Positions 38,891-49,263 of a stretch of 64,000 bases of DNA are shown here, one piece after another. How positions within the stretch are numbered: position 1 is the first letter of the stretch; every line of letters starts with the position of its first letter. The position numbers were made by a program, and so were the translations under genes. Source of the stretch: Promethearchaeota archaeon (GTDB taxonomy: Archaea; Asgardarchaeota; Lokiarchaeia; Sigyniarchaeales; SOKP01); contig JBHLLT010000001.1 in NCBI GenBank assembly GCA_048938855.1, forward strand, positions 256,124 to 320,123, read 5' to 3'. Under the pieces are notes generated by a model. It saw only the letters and a list, made by a program, of their open reading frames with translations, had not been told where the DNA came from and did no database searches.

Positions 38891-39028
38891 GGAAACACTG
38901 ACCTTTCTTAATATATTTTTTATTAAAACATCTAAAATGAATATTTAAATCTAATCTTAAAAAATATAAATACTTTTAAATTTGTTAAAGAGAAAATTAG
39001 TTTTTTCTAATTTATTTATTTTGTTTCT

Positions 39029-39349
39029 CTACAAAATAGTAGCAAAAAGGAACCATAATAGGTTGAACACAATTGCCAATATTATTAAAATCTTTGTTAC
39101 TGGATTAAATAACGTGTTTTTTAATGCTTTTGTTGTTTTTAGTTGCAGTTCATTTTCTACTAGGTTTTCGAGGGAATTATTAGTAGAAGTTGCTTTTTTC
39201 ATGTGAATTGAACCTAAAAACCTTGGATTTGTAAGACTATTAATAACATCATTTAGATGATTTGAAAATAATTGCTTTTTCTTATTAATAGATTGGAGTT
39301 GATTAAAATCGGGGTTAGCTGTAGAGTTATTATGATTGGTTTGATTCAT
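39029..39349 (-). CDS. Hypothetical tail-anchored membrane protein
   Basis: 106-aa ORF with a single C-terminal hydrophobic helix. Confidence 0.6.
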   Translation of the reverse strand: MNQTNHNNSTANPDFNQLQSINKKKQLFSNHLNDVINSLTNPRFLGSIHMKKATSTNNSLENLVENELQLKTTKALKNTLFNPVTKILIILAIVFNLLWFLFATIL

Positions 39350-39477
39350 TTTTTTATACTTTTTAGTAATGGTAAAATTTCTATATCATGAATAAAAAAT
39401 CAATTCAATCTTAAATTCCTTTCGATTATAGAAAAAAAAGATATATGTTCAAATTACATTAAAGAAATATAACATTC

Positions 39478-39867
39478 TTAGCTAGGGTCTTCTAAAGAAT
39501 CAATTATATAATTCTCAAAGCCTATAAATATACGAATATTATAACTAACATTTTTCAAAACTTCATCATCATAAACTTCAAAAAACTTTTTTGAGATTTT
39601 TTTTAATTCATTTAAGACCTTCTTATCCTTAATTTTATTTGATGAATTCGCTACAAAAATATAATCGTTTTTCTTAAAGATACTATAACGAATGCTACTC
39701 AACTCAAAGTTCGAAAGTCCTCCCTCAGTAAGAGTTTCTGCGTAAGTGTTTAATGCAATCATTAATCCCCCAAAAATTTGTGATCCCATTTTCGAATCAA
39801 TAACCCGACTATATACTGTTAATCCACTTTCAGTTAATATCCATAAATCTCTTAAAAGTTTTGCCAT
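39478..39867 (-). CDS. Longin/roadblock-like domain protein
   Basis: LWILTESGLTVYSR...QIFGGLMIALNTYA...LSNFEL..YSI....YIFVA...LKKISKKFFEVY gives a beta-beta-alpha-beta-beta-beta-alpha pattern. Start at ATG 39867. Confidence 0.7.
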   Translation of the reverse strand: MAKLLRDLWILTESGLTVYSRVIDSKMGSQIFGGLMIALNTYAETLTEGGLSNFELSSIRYSIFKKNDYIFVANSSNKIKDKKVLNELKKISKKFFEVYDDEVLKNVSYNIRIFIGFENYIIDSLEDPS

Positions 39868-40026
39868 AACCACCACTAAAGGTAAATAGATTTTTATGTA
39901 TTTATGATACAAGTATTTATTTATTAAAATTAGGATTTCAAAAATTTTTTATATAATTTGGTAAGAATAAAATATATCTTAGTCCTTTACCAAATTATTA
40001 TAAAGACCTTATATAAAACATTGAAG

Positions 40027-41769
40027 ATGGACCCTTATTATAATAAAATCTCCAATCCTTTATTAAAAAAATTCAAGGGAATTGTAGGAGAAAAAGCTTC
40101 TTTTGATGATTATGAAATAAGATATACTTATGCTTTTGGAGGTTCTATTTTTAATAAAGAGTGGATACCAGAATTAATCTTAATACCACAAAACACAAAA
40201 CAAGTTTCTGAGATTTTAACTTTAGCTAATAAAAATAAGATTCCAATAACGCCTCGAGGAAGCGGTACAAGCTTATCATCGGGCTCATTAAGCCCGTATG
40301 GAGGTATAATATTAGATTTAAGTCAAATGAATGGAATAATAAAGGTAGATATTGAAAATAATTTAGTTGAAGTTGAACCAGGAGTAATCTGTGATGATTT
40401 AAATGAAGTATTAAAGCCATATGGATATTTTTTTCCTCCAGATCCCGGATCGAGTTCTGTTGCGACGATAGGAGGAATGGTTGCTAATAATGCAGGAGGG
40501 ATTCAAGCCTTTAAGTATGGTGTTACAAAAAGTTATGTTTTATATTTGGAGGTAGTGTTAGCAGACGGAAAAATTTTAAATTTGGGGTCAAATGTTTTAA
40601 AATCAGTATCATCATATAACATCAAAGATCTTTTTATTGGTTCTGAAGGCACTTTAGGTGTTATTACAAAGATAGGTTTAAGAATTCGCCCTTTACCAAA
40701 AGCAAGGAAATTAGGTTTATTTATTTTTGAAAATGTTGATAATTTAAAGGAAGCTGTTTTAGAGATAAGAAGAAAAGGGATTATACCAAATTTATTGGAA
40801 TTTATGGATAAAGTCATTTTAAAGGCAGTCACTGAATTTTTGGGTGGTGAATTCTACGATTTTCCAGATGGATACGTTTTATTAGCTGAAGTTGACGGAT
40901 ACACTAAAACTGAAGTTGAAGAATCATTTGCAGCTATGTTTGATATTATTATCCAAAAAAATCCAATCTATCATAAAGTTGCTTTAACAGATGAAGAAAG
41001 AGAAAGATTAATCCTTGCTAGAAAAGCAAATCTCCCTGCATTATCAAGAATAAGACCAAATACATGTGTTGAAGATTGTACCATTCAAATTTCAAAGTTT
41101 TCTGAGGTTATTAAAAAAATTGAGAGTATACCTAAGAAAATTAATGCTAAAAACTTATTAGTGGCAATTATATGCCATATGGAAGGAAACCTACATCCTA
41201 CATTTCTATTTAATGAAAATGATCAACAGGATGTAGAAGACTTCAGAAAAGCGATAGATTATTTGTACAAAGAAATCATAATCCCTGCAGGAGGTTCAAT
41301 TACTGGTGAACATGGAATTGGAAAAATCAAAACCCCTTATTTAGAGCTAGAACATGACAAAAATGTTATTAATTTGATGATACAGATTAAGAAATTCTAT
41401 GATCCTAACATGATATTAAATCCGGGAATCGGAAAGGGTGATTTTCGAGAGATTAAATCTTCAAATATAAAACGAGTTCTGAAGAAACAGTCTGATGGAA
41501 TATTAGAACTGAAATGTATGAGATGTGGATTTTGCATTTCTTGTCCTTCAAGGATAAATTATGCTTTAGAAACTTACAGTCCAAGAGGTAGGTTATGCCT
41601 ATTAAACGGTTTAGTACATGGTGATTTAGAGTTAAATGATTTAATAATAGATGTCTTTCACACATGTACTTTATGTGGGCTCTGTCAAACTAAATGTCCT
41701 GCTGGTGTAAATACAACAGAAATTTTTGAAAAGACTCGGGAAATAATTCATGAGGGCTGTAAAAAATAA
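40027..41769 (+). CDS. GlcD/D-lactate-dehydrogenase-like FAD-linked oxidase with a C-terminal 2x[4Fe-4S] domain
   Basis: PRGSGTSLS, PPDPGS, GSEGTLG, EGNLH, GEHGIG, NPG; CMRCGFC..CP and CTLCGLC..KCP. Start uncertain (39958, 40021 or 40027). Confidence 0.88.
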   Translation: MDPYYNKISNPLLKKFKGIVGEKASFDDYEIRYTYAFGGSIFNKEWIPELILIPQNTKQVSEILTLANKNKIPITPRGSGTSLSSGSLSPYGGIILDLSQMNGIIKVDIENNLVEVEPGVICDDLNEVLKPYGYFFPPDPGSSSVATIGGMVANNAGGIQAFKYGVTKSYVLYLEVVLADGKILNLGSNVLKSVSSYNIKDLFIGSEGTLGVITKIGLRIRPLPKARKLGLFIFENVDNLKEAVLEIRRKGIIPNLLEFMDKVILKAVTEFLGGEFYDFPDGYVLLAEVDGYTKTEVEESFAAMFDIIIQKNPIYHKVALTDEERERLILARKANLPALSRIRPNTCVEDCTIQISKFSEVIKKIESIPKKINAKNLLVAIICHMEGNLHPTFLFNENDQQDVEDFRKAIDYLYKEIIIPAGGSITGEHGIGKIKTPYLELEHDKNVINLMIQIKKFYDPNMILNPGIGKGDFREIKSSNIKRVLKKQSDGILELKCMRCGFCISCPSRINYALETYSPRGRLCLLNGLVHGDLELNDLIIDVFHTCTLCGLCQTKCPAGVNTTEIFEKTREIIHEGCKK

Positions 41770-43052
41770 TGAAATTTGATTATGGATCGAATGGCATCGA
41801 AATAAATTTAGACCCTAATTGGAATATAACAATTCTTAAACCATTAAAACAGCCTCCTATTGACAATCCTATTATAAAAATAAGAGAATCAATTAACCAT
41901 CCAATTGGAAGTTTACCTCTTAAAGAGATTATTAAGAAAAAGCGCAAACTAAAAACAACCTGTATTGTCTCGAGCGATGTAACTAGGCCAGTTCCTTCCA
42001 ACTTGATTCTTGAAGCTTTAATCGAGGAGTTAAATACAAATGGTATTGATGATAATCAAATCACAATCTTGATTGGTACAGGATTACATCGCCCTACTAA
42101 TGAAAATGATTTGAAAACTATTTTAGGAAAAGAATTACAAGGTCGATTTCGAGTAATCAGTCATCGTGCAAACGAAAATGATTCTCTGATCCAATTAGGA
42201 GTTTTAGACAATGAGATCCCTATTTTAATTAATAAACAGTATTACACTGCGGATTTAAAGATTTTAACTGGTTATGTTGAACCTCATTTCTTTTTTGGAT
42301 TTTCAGGGGGTCGTAAATCTATAGTTCCCGGCATTGCGGGAGCAGAAACCATCCAAGCTAATCATTCAGCTGAAAATATTAATTCAAAATTTGCACGATT
42401 CGGAATTTACAGTAATAATCCCTTACATAATCAATCTATTGAAATCTCTAAATTTGTAGGAGCAGATTTTATTGTAAATGTGTGTATTAATGAACAACAT
42501 GAAATTGTGCAAATTACTGCTGGAGATCTTATTAAGGCTCATGAAAACTTAGTAGATTATCAATTAAAGCATATCTTTAGGGAAATCAAGAAACCTTACG
42601 ATATAGTTATATGTGGAAATGGAGGTTATCCTTTAGATCTTAATTTATATCAGGCAGTAAAAAGTATGGCGATTGGAGAGATGGCTGTAAAAAAGGGTGG
42701 AACTATTATTACTGTAAATCAATGTATTGAAGGAATTGGTCAAGAAAAATTTAAAGAATTGATATACTCTGACATGAAGCCTAGTGAAATCTATCAAAAA
42801 ATAGTAAATAAGGAAATTGTAGTTGCTGATCAATGGGAAATTCAAATTCTTTCTCGCATTTTAATGAAAACAGATGTATTCATCATATCTGAGCTGGATG
42901 CAGATGAAATTGGTAATATTGGTTTAAAATATGCTAATACTGTCGAAGAAGCTATTGAGAGTTGTCTAAAAAAATATGGTCCTAATGCTTCGATACTAAT
43001 ACTACCTAATGGCCCCCTAGTGCTTCCATTATTAAAAAAAATTAATAATTAA
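41769..43052 (+). CDS. larA: Nickel-dependent lactate racemase family protein
   Basis: SDVTRPVP, GTGLHR, EPHFFFGFSGGRKS, GGYPLDLNLYQAVK, DQWEIQ. Overlaps the dehydrogenase stop by 1 nt. Confidence 0.92.
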   Translation: MKFDYGSNGIEINLDPNWNITILKPLKQPPIDNPIIKIRESINHPIGSLPLKEIIKKKRKLKTTCIVSSDVTRPVPSNLILEALIEELNTNGIDDNQITILIGTGLHRPTNENDLKTILGKELQGRFRVISHRANENDSLIQLGVLDNEIPILINKQYYTADLKILTGYVEPHFFFGFSGGRKSIVPGIAGAETIQANHSAENINSKFARFGIYSNNPLHNQSIEISKFVGADFIVNVCINEQHEIVQITAGDLIKAHENLVDYQLKHIFREIKKPYDIVICGNGGYPLDLNLYQAVKSMAIGEMAVKKGGTIITVNQCIEGIGQEKFKELIYSDMKPSEIYQKIVNKEIVVADQWEIQILSRILMKTDVFIISELDADEIGNIGLKYANTVEEAIESCLKKYGPNASILILPNGPLVLPLLKKINN

Positions 43053-43324
43053 TTACTATATGTACGTGTTATTATCACACAATAAAGTGAGGCATAAACG
43101 CAATTTAAGACTCCGATTGTGTTTAAATTTTAATTTTTGATATCGGTTTTCAATTTTAAAATTTATCTTTATGCATATTTTTTAATACAAAGTTTTTTAT
43201 AAATTATTTAGGATTAATTTTGATTCCCTTGTGAATCAATAGGTATAAGAATAACTAGTATTGGCAAGAATCTAAAACTTTAGATTTAGTCATACAAATA
43301 ACTCTAGGCTTAGGGGAAAACATT

Positions 43325-45055
43325 ATGAAATTGAATATCGGAAATGGCCGGTTTCCTACCATTAAATTCGCAAGCTTTTTCTCAGTTACCATAAATTCGG
43401 TTTGTATTTTCTTAGGTATCAATTATTTATTGTTTCCCTCTTACTCCATTATATGGAATGTCTTTGGAATTTTTCTTCTAATCACGTTCTTTGTGAACCT
43501 TACATTGATTTTTATTAACTCAAACAAGGAGAAGGGAAGGAGTAAATTTTCCACTAAAATGAACTTATTCAGTTATATCTATTTGGTATATATCATTCTT
43601 GCTATAGTCTGTATGATGCTAGGTAATTTACTTATTTCTGTAACTTACTCTAATAACCTATTTGATAATCTTTTATCATATACCTTAATTTATCTTTTTT
43701 ATTTTGGTACTTTAATTATAGGAATTATATATGCTGTCTTTGGAAATAGAACGTATAACAATATAAAATCTGGAATTGAAAACAATTTTTCTGAAAAACG
43801 CCTCATATCTAAGTTTGTGAAGACTAAAAGAATATTAACAAAAATAGTAACAGTAATTTCCAGAGTCACATTTATCATTGGTATCATCTTTGGAATTGTT
43901 ATTTTATTTGGCTCTTTTGAAATTATTACTACTTTTATGGCAATAGTTACAGGTCAATTTGGCACGTTCTTCTCCATAATTTTTTTTGCTAATACTGTTC
44001 TCCTTATAAAATTGAAACATCCTCAATGGAATACCAAGAAATTTTATAGAACCGCTTTAAGTGGTTTTTTAATTTCTGGATTATTAATTTCACCTTTAGC
44101 ATTAACCCAATATACTATAAAAAGTATTGAAAATAACTTTTCAGATACATTTGGTTCAGACTGGAGAGAAAGAATACCTTCTGAAGTCAATAATTACTTT
44201 TTACAAACACCCTTCTCTTTGACAAGTTACTTTTTAGGTTGCCCTCCTAAAGATTGTAGAATTGAACAAAATATTCTCTTTTATGATGATGAAGGAATAA
44301 AACTATACTTTGACGCTTATATGCCCTTGAATAATGATGATAATCTTCCTGGGTTTAATTCCACGATTGTTAGAATCCATGGAGGTGCTTGGGTTTCCGG
44401 TGATAAAGGTATGATGAATATGATGCAAATGAATAAATATTTTGCTGCTCAAGGATATAGAGTGTTTGATATTGAATATGGAATTGATATCAATCCTTTA
44501 TATGCCCTAGATCCCTTAACACCTGAGTATAATAAAGGTAATTTTGATATCGACGATATGATACGACATATTGGTGCATTTACAAATTATTTAAATCTTA
44601 ATGCAGGCATTTACGGTGCAAATTTGGATTCTGTGTTTATTAGTGGAGGTTCTGCCGGAGGACACTTAACTTGTGCTGTGGCCTTAGCTATGGCGAGTGG
44701 AAATTATACAGATATATTCAGTGATAATTTGACTATAAAGGGGTTAGTCCCTTTCTATCCCGCTAATGATCTTATGAATTTTTTCGGAATTAGTGGTAGT
44801 GATGAGTTTAAACACCCTGAAAAACTAATTGAGAGTGATAGTCCTCCGTGCCTTATCTTTCAAGGAACCCATGATATAATTAATTATTTTAATATTGCTG
44901 AAAATATTCGAAAAACATATATAGATCATGCAAATGAAAACTGCGCTATATTATGGATGCCCTTTGGAGGTCATGCTTCTGATTTCTATTTCACAGGTTA
45001 TTATAATCAAATTTTCTTGTATTATATGGAAAGATTCATGTATCTTTATCATTAA
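43325..45055 (+). CDS. Membrane-anchored alpha/beta hydrolase (HSL-like esterase/lipase)
   Basis: About 7 N-terminal TM segments; HGGAW, GGSAGG, QGTHD, GGHA. Confidence 0.88.
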   Translation: MKLNIGNGRFPTIKFASFFSVTINSVCIFLGINYLLFPSYSIIWNVFGIFLLITFFVNLTLIFINSNKEKGRSKFSTKMNLFSYIYLVYIILAIVCMMLGNLLISVTYSNNLFDNLLSYTLIYLFYFGTLIIGIIYAVFGNRTYNNIKSGIENNFSEKRLISKFVKTKRILTKIVTVISRVTFIIGIIFGIVILFGSFEIITTFMAIVTGQFGTFFSIIFFANTVLLIKLKHPQWNTKKFYRTALSGFLISGLLISPLALTQYTIKSIENNFSDTFGSDWRERIPSEVNNYFLQTPFSLTSYFLGCPPKDCRIEQNILFYDDEGIKLYFDAYMPLNNDDNLPGFNSTIVRIHGGAWVSGDKGMMNMMQMNKYFAAQGYRVFDIEYGIDINPLYALDPLTPEYNKGNFDIDDMIRHIGAFTNYLNLNAGIYGANLDSVFISGGSAGGHLTCAVALAMASGNYTDIFSDNLTIKGLVPFYPANDLMNFFGISGSDEFKHPEKLIESDSPPCLIFQGTHDIINYFNIAENIRKTYIDHANENCAILWMPFGGHASDFYFTGYYNQIFLYYMERFMYLYH

Positions 45056-45402
45056 TTTTATTAAATATAACTATTCAAGCAAAAACCTAGTATATTTTTC
45101 AATTAAATTTGATTTTTCTCCTTCTTATAAATTATAAATCCCACTAAAATCCCCCCATTTCAACTGTTCGTTGACATATCACAAATTTGTAGAGTTAAAT
45201 ATTTATATAATGATGTTTCTTAAATAGACATAGTCAATAAAAAAATATTATACAAAATTATAAAAATTATAATTTAAAGCCGATATAAATTTATACAAAA
45301 GTGATCACTAAGATCAAAGAATAAATACAAATATCGATCAATATCAAAATTGACGAATGGTTAAACAGCCGAAAAAAATAATACAATAAAGTGTGAACAA
45401 TT

Positions 45403-46335
45403 ATGAGCTATAGAGATAGATTACGTTCAACAAAAACTGGTACAGAGAGTGAACTTAGCTGTAGTTCAGATGCTCAATGTTGCAGTAGTCCTTGTATTGA
45501 ATCTCGAGATGGAGATAATGTGTGCTTAAATTGTGGTATGGTTATTGAACGCAATTTAGTAGGAAATGAACGAAGAGCTTACACTATTGAAGAAGTAAAC
45601 AAAAGAAGAAGAACAGAGCCAAGATGGAGGGAATTTGGACCCCGAACGATGCTACCTGCTTCTAAAGTAGACTCTAAAGGAAGACTTATAAATGCCCGAG
45701 GGAAAACATTATTCTCACGATTATCAAAAATTCAAAATTCATTAATTTCAAGTATTGAACGCAATTTTTGGGAAGCAAAACCTAAACTCAAAATGCTTTC
45801 TAGTAAAATGAATATTCCTGAATATATAAAAGAAACCGCTTGGAAGATTTATTCAGTCGTAGCTAAGAAAAAGTTAACCATGGGTAGATCTATTGATGGA
45901 TTCATTGCAGCATCATTATATGCAGCAATTAGAGTACATGAATTTCCAAGATTATTAGAGGAAGTTTGTGAAGCTTCAATGACTCCAAGAAGGACTGTAC
46001 ACCGCTCTTTAGGTATGGTTGTTAAGGAGGTACTACCTGAGCTTAATTTGAAGTACAAACCGATCACAGCAGAACAATTAGTCTTTAGATTTGGAAATGA
46101 CTTAGGTTTACCAATGGAAACTCAGAAAAAAGCAATAAATATGCTTGTCGAAGCTTCAAAAAATGGATTATTACGAACAGGTAAAGATCCAAAAGGATTA
46201 GCCGCAAGCGTTATTTATATGGCTGCAAAAGCAGGAAATCATAGAAAGACACAGGCAGAAGTCTCAGAAATTGCGAAGGTTACAGAGGTAACTTTAAGGA
46301 GTCGCTCTAAACAGATAAAAAACAAGCTCCAGTAA
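45403..46335 (+). CDS. tfb: Transcription initiation factor IIB (TFB) paralog
   Basis: Zn ribbon CC...VCLNCG; cyclin repeats MGRSID..AASLYAA and TGKDPKGLAAS; TQAEVSEIAKVTEVTLRSR. Confidence 0.93.
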   Translation: MSYRDRLRSTKTGTESELSCSSDAQCCSSPCIESRDGDNVCLNCGMVIERNLVGNERRAYTIEEVNKRRRTEPRWREFGPRTMLPASKVDSKGRLINARGKTLFSRLSKIQNSLISSIERNFWEAKPKLKMLSSKMNIPEYIKETAWKIYSVVAKKKLTMGRSIDGFIAASLYAAIRVHEFPRLLEEVCEASMTPRRTVHRSLGMVVKEVLPELNLKYKPITAEQLVFRFGNDLGLPMETQKKAINMLVEASKNGLLRTGKDPKGLAASVIYMAAKAGNHRKTQAEVSEIAKVTEVTLRSRSKQIKNKLQ

Positions 46336-46343
46336 AGAGATCA

Positions 46344-46375
46344 TCCGATTTCGGACGAGGAAAACAATTTTTTTT
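46344..46375 (+). terminator. Possible terminator after tfb (TCCG-ATTT-CGGA hairpin followed by a T tract)
   Basis: Short GC stem 9 nt after the stop, with an oligo-T run at 46368-46375. Confidence 0.35.
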
Positions 46376-46497
46376 ATTTATCTTTTTTTAATATTTTATT
46401 TATTATTCTGATTTATCAGATTAAGAGAGATTTTGACCTAAATTAGAGATTAGAAAAAAAATGTCTTAAATTAGATATAAAATTGATATTCGTAATA

Positions 46498-46824
46498 TTA
46501 GTAAGAAGCTACCTTAATATCAATAATTTCTACAATTTTTAACCACAAGTGATAAGTAGTGGCTTCATTTGGTAACTTAAAGATAAAGAGAACCCTTAAA
46601 CCATCAATCTTAAATTCATTTGGTAGATTTATTGGTTCATAATGAATACTATCATCAGATATAATACCATAAAAACCTCCGTCATCTGGATAATACTTAA
46701 TTTCACCGGTTCCAAATATATATTTATTATTAGAACCATACATAAAAGATACAATTATAAATCCTAAACAGGTTCCGATTATAAGTAAGATCAATGTAAA
46801 ATTTAATTGCTTTTTTTCTCTCAT
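46498..46824 (-). CDS. Small membrane-anchored OB-fold-like hypothetical protein
   Basis: N-terminal TM; GEIKY....GGFYGIISDD..HYEPINLP.EFKIDGLRV. Confidence 0.7.
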   Translation of the reverse strand: MREKKQLNFTLILLIIGTCLGFIIVSFMYGSNNKYIFGTGEIKYYPDDGGFYGIISDDSIHYEPINLPNEFKIDGLRVLFIFKLPNEATTYHLWLKIVEIIDIKVASY

Positions 46825-47117
46825 TGGTTTTTAAACCAGATTAAATATTGGGTTCCAACTTTTTTTATCATCATTAGGTATATAAATGTTAGTATGCAGA
46901 ATTAGGTTTAATTTAATATCTTTATTCTCAAATGCATGAGATTCTTGAGATTATTTTCATTTGAACTGAGTGATTAGTGAATTTTGGTTATATTTATTTT
47001 GTATCAAAGAAACTTACTGTCCACCCTTGTATTCTATTTTAGTGCTGAATTAACCTTTTTTAAATAAAAGTATTTATATGACTAGGTCTCAAGTATAAAT
47101 AATATTGGTGAATTAAA

Positions 47118-48320
47118 ATGGATATTGTTGAACTGTTATTAAGCATTTTAAGTTTAATTATTGGCTACCTTTTAGGAGCAATATTACCAGCGTTTTTCTT
47201 TGGAAAATTAAAAGGACTAGATATAAGAGAGGAAGGAGATAAGAATCCAGGAACTACAAACGCATTTAGAGTATTAGGACTCCCTTTTGCTATTCTAACA
47301 GCACTATACGATACCTTGAAAGGATTATTAGCAATGTTAATAGCGTACTGGTTCGGCGTTAATCTTATTTTTTGGCAAATTAGTGGACTAATGGTGATAA
47401 TCGGTCATGTCTTTCCATTTTATTTAAGATTTAGAGGTGGTCAGGGAAATGCGACTGCTACGGGGCTGCTTCTTTTTTATCTTCTTAATTATCTTTCCAG
47501 TAGTTTTAGTATATTTTATGTCTTGATATTTCTGCTGATACTTGTAATTATATTTACATATATATCTAGAGCTGGAAGTCTTTTGCCTGTTATTTTGTTT
47601 CCTGTACTTGGTTATTCAGTATTTATATTTTACCCTACAAGTGGTTTAAATCTCTTTTTTGTTTTAATCCTTGTCCATATTGGAATGGTGGGAATGTATA
47701 AAGTGATTACAGAAAAAAAACTGGTAATTAAAGATGAAGCGTTTTTGAAAAATTGGTGGAGAGTTGCCATAAGACCTGTAGCATTGCTTTTTCTTATTTT
47801 TGTATACCTTGATCGTGCTTTTGGTCTTTCTCTGATTGGAATTGTCTGCTTATGTTTTATTGCTCTTGACATCTTTCGTTTTCTTCATAAACGAACGAAT
47901 GTACTATTAACAGAAAAAACCCAAGTAATTTTCAGAAAGGGAGAAGAAAAGCGATTTTCATCAATGACGATTTTTATGATTTCTACATTTCTCATAGTGC
48001 TTTTTTTTGAGATAGAAATTGCTGTAATTGCTTTGGTTTTTCTTGTTTTTGGAGATATGTTTGGTAAAATATTTGGTTTAGCGTATGGGCGTCATAAAAT
48101 ATTTGAGAAAACACTTGAAGGGACTCTTGCACATATAGGAGCTGTAATCGCTACAGGATTTATACTTTTTACATCAATAGATATCAATATACTTATATTA
48201 ATTTCTGGTGGAATTGCTGCTCCCTTGATCGAGTTATTACCTATAGGAATTAATGATAATTTTACCGTACCGATAATTAGCGGAGCTGTTATGACTGCTG
48301 TTGATTTCTTTTTTGTATAA
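47118..48320 (+). CDS. plsY: PlsY-like acyltransferase fused to a CTP-dependent polyprenol/diacylglycerol kinase-like domain
   Basis: GYLLGAI, DIREEGDKNPGTTN, YDTLKG, GHVFPFYLRFRGGQG; C-terminal FGDMFGKIFG..YGRHK..KTLEG and INDNFTVP. Confidence 0.85.
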   Translation: MDIVELLLSILSLIIGYLLGAILPAFFFGKLKGLDIREEGDKNPGTTNAFRVLGLPFAILTALYDTLKGLLAMLIAYWFGVNLIFWQISGLMVIIGHVFPFYLRFRGGQGNATATGLLLFYLLNYLSSSFSIFYVLIFLLILVIIFTYISRAGSLLPVILFPVLGYSVFIFYPTSGLNLFFVLILVHIGMVGMYKVITEKKLVIKDEAFLKNWWRVAIRPVALLFLIFVYLDRAFGLSLIGIVCLCFIALDIFRFLHKRTNVLLTEKTQVIFRKGEEKRFSSMTIFMISTFLIVLFFEIEIAVIALVFLVFGDMFGKIFGLAYGRHKIFEKTLEGTLAHIGAVIATGFILFTSIDINILILISGGIAAPLIELLPIGINDNFTVPIISGAVMTAVDFFFV

Positions 48321-48424
48321 TAATTTTTTTTCTTTTCTTTTTTTTCTCTTGTAGGAAGTACGGATTCACCCTTTTTCTTTAAAATAAGATTATAAGTGTA
48401 TATTTTTATCTTTTTTATTAGGGT

Positions 48425-49165
48425 ATGAGCTATATAGAAAAAAAATATTATATTAAGATCAACGAAGTTTTTGATAGTTTATCAATCTTGGATAGTGCTC
48501 TACTTAACGAATTAAATAAGAAATCTGTTAAAAATATTAATGAAGTCGCTAAGCTTTGTGCTGAATTTAATCATAATGTAAACATTATTCTCAAGAAATA
48601 TTATCCCGAGATAAAAGAAATGAAAGATAAACTCGAGATAAAATCACATCTGAAATTTTATTATGATTTAATCTTTAAATTAACGGATTTAGTCAAGCAT
48701 ATTGAAAATTATCAAAAGGTTGATCAAGAGTATTATGATAAATTAATCGAGTTCATACATGATAAAAATTTCTTGATTTCTGGAAAGTATAAAAACATTT
48801 GTGCTCAAGAATTAACTGCTTTTTATGACCAAAACTCCCGAAATGCTTTAGAAAAGGTTCTCATTGAAAAGATTGAGCGTAAAAGTAGACAATTTTTTAC
48901 TTTCGGTTCATTAGAAGAAGAAGTCAAAAAAATTGCGAAACTTGCAAGAGCTAAATCTATTAATATCACAGTAGCAGACGAACTGAGTAAGGAAGAATTA
49001 GAGTCTGCTAAATCGATTATAACATTTGAAAGTGAGGATCCATCAGATATTATTGATTTAGATAGAATTGGCAGAGAACTGAAAAATTATTTAGAGTCAA
49101 AAAAATATGTATGTCATCTAAGAGATAATACTATTATTACGGATGCTAAATTGCTTCCAGATTAA
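48425..49165 (+). CDS. Hypothetical protein
   Basis: 246-aa helical ORF; no family recognised. Confidence 0.7.
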   Translation: MSYIEKKYYIKINEVFDSLSILDSALLNELNKKSVKNINEVAKLCAEFNHNVNIILKKYYPEIKEMKDKLEIKSHLKFYYDLIFKLTDLVKHIENYQKVDQEYYDKLIEFIHDKNFLISGKYKNICAQELTAFYDQNSRNALEKVLIEKIERKSRQFFTFGSLEEEVKKIAKLARAKSINITVADELSKEELESAKSIITFESEDPSDIIDLDRIGRELKNYLESKKYVCHLRDNTIITDAKLLPD

Positions 49166-49263
49166 GGAATTAATCATTCTTTCTAAAATCTTTTGATTAG
49201 GGGATTTTATATGCTTTCCCATAAAATATTTAATGTTTGTACAATTTATCTTGATGATTTTCG

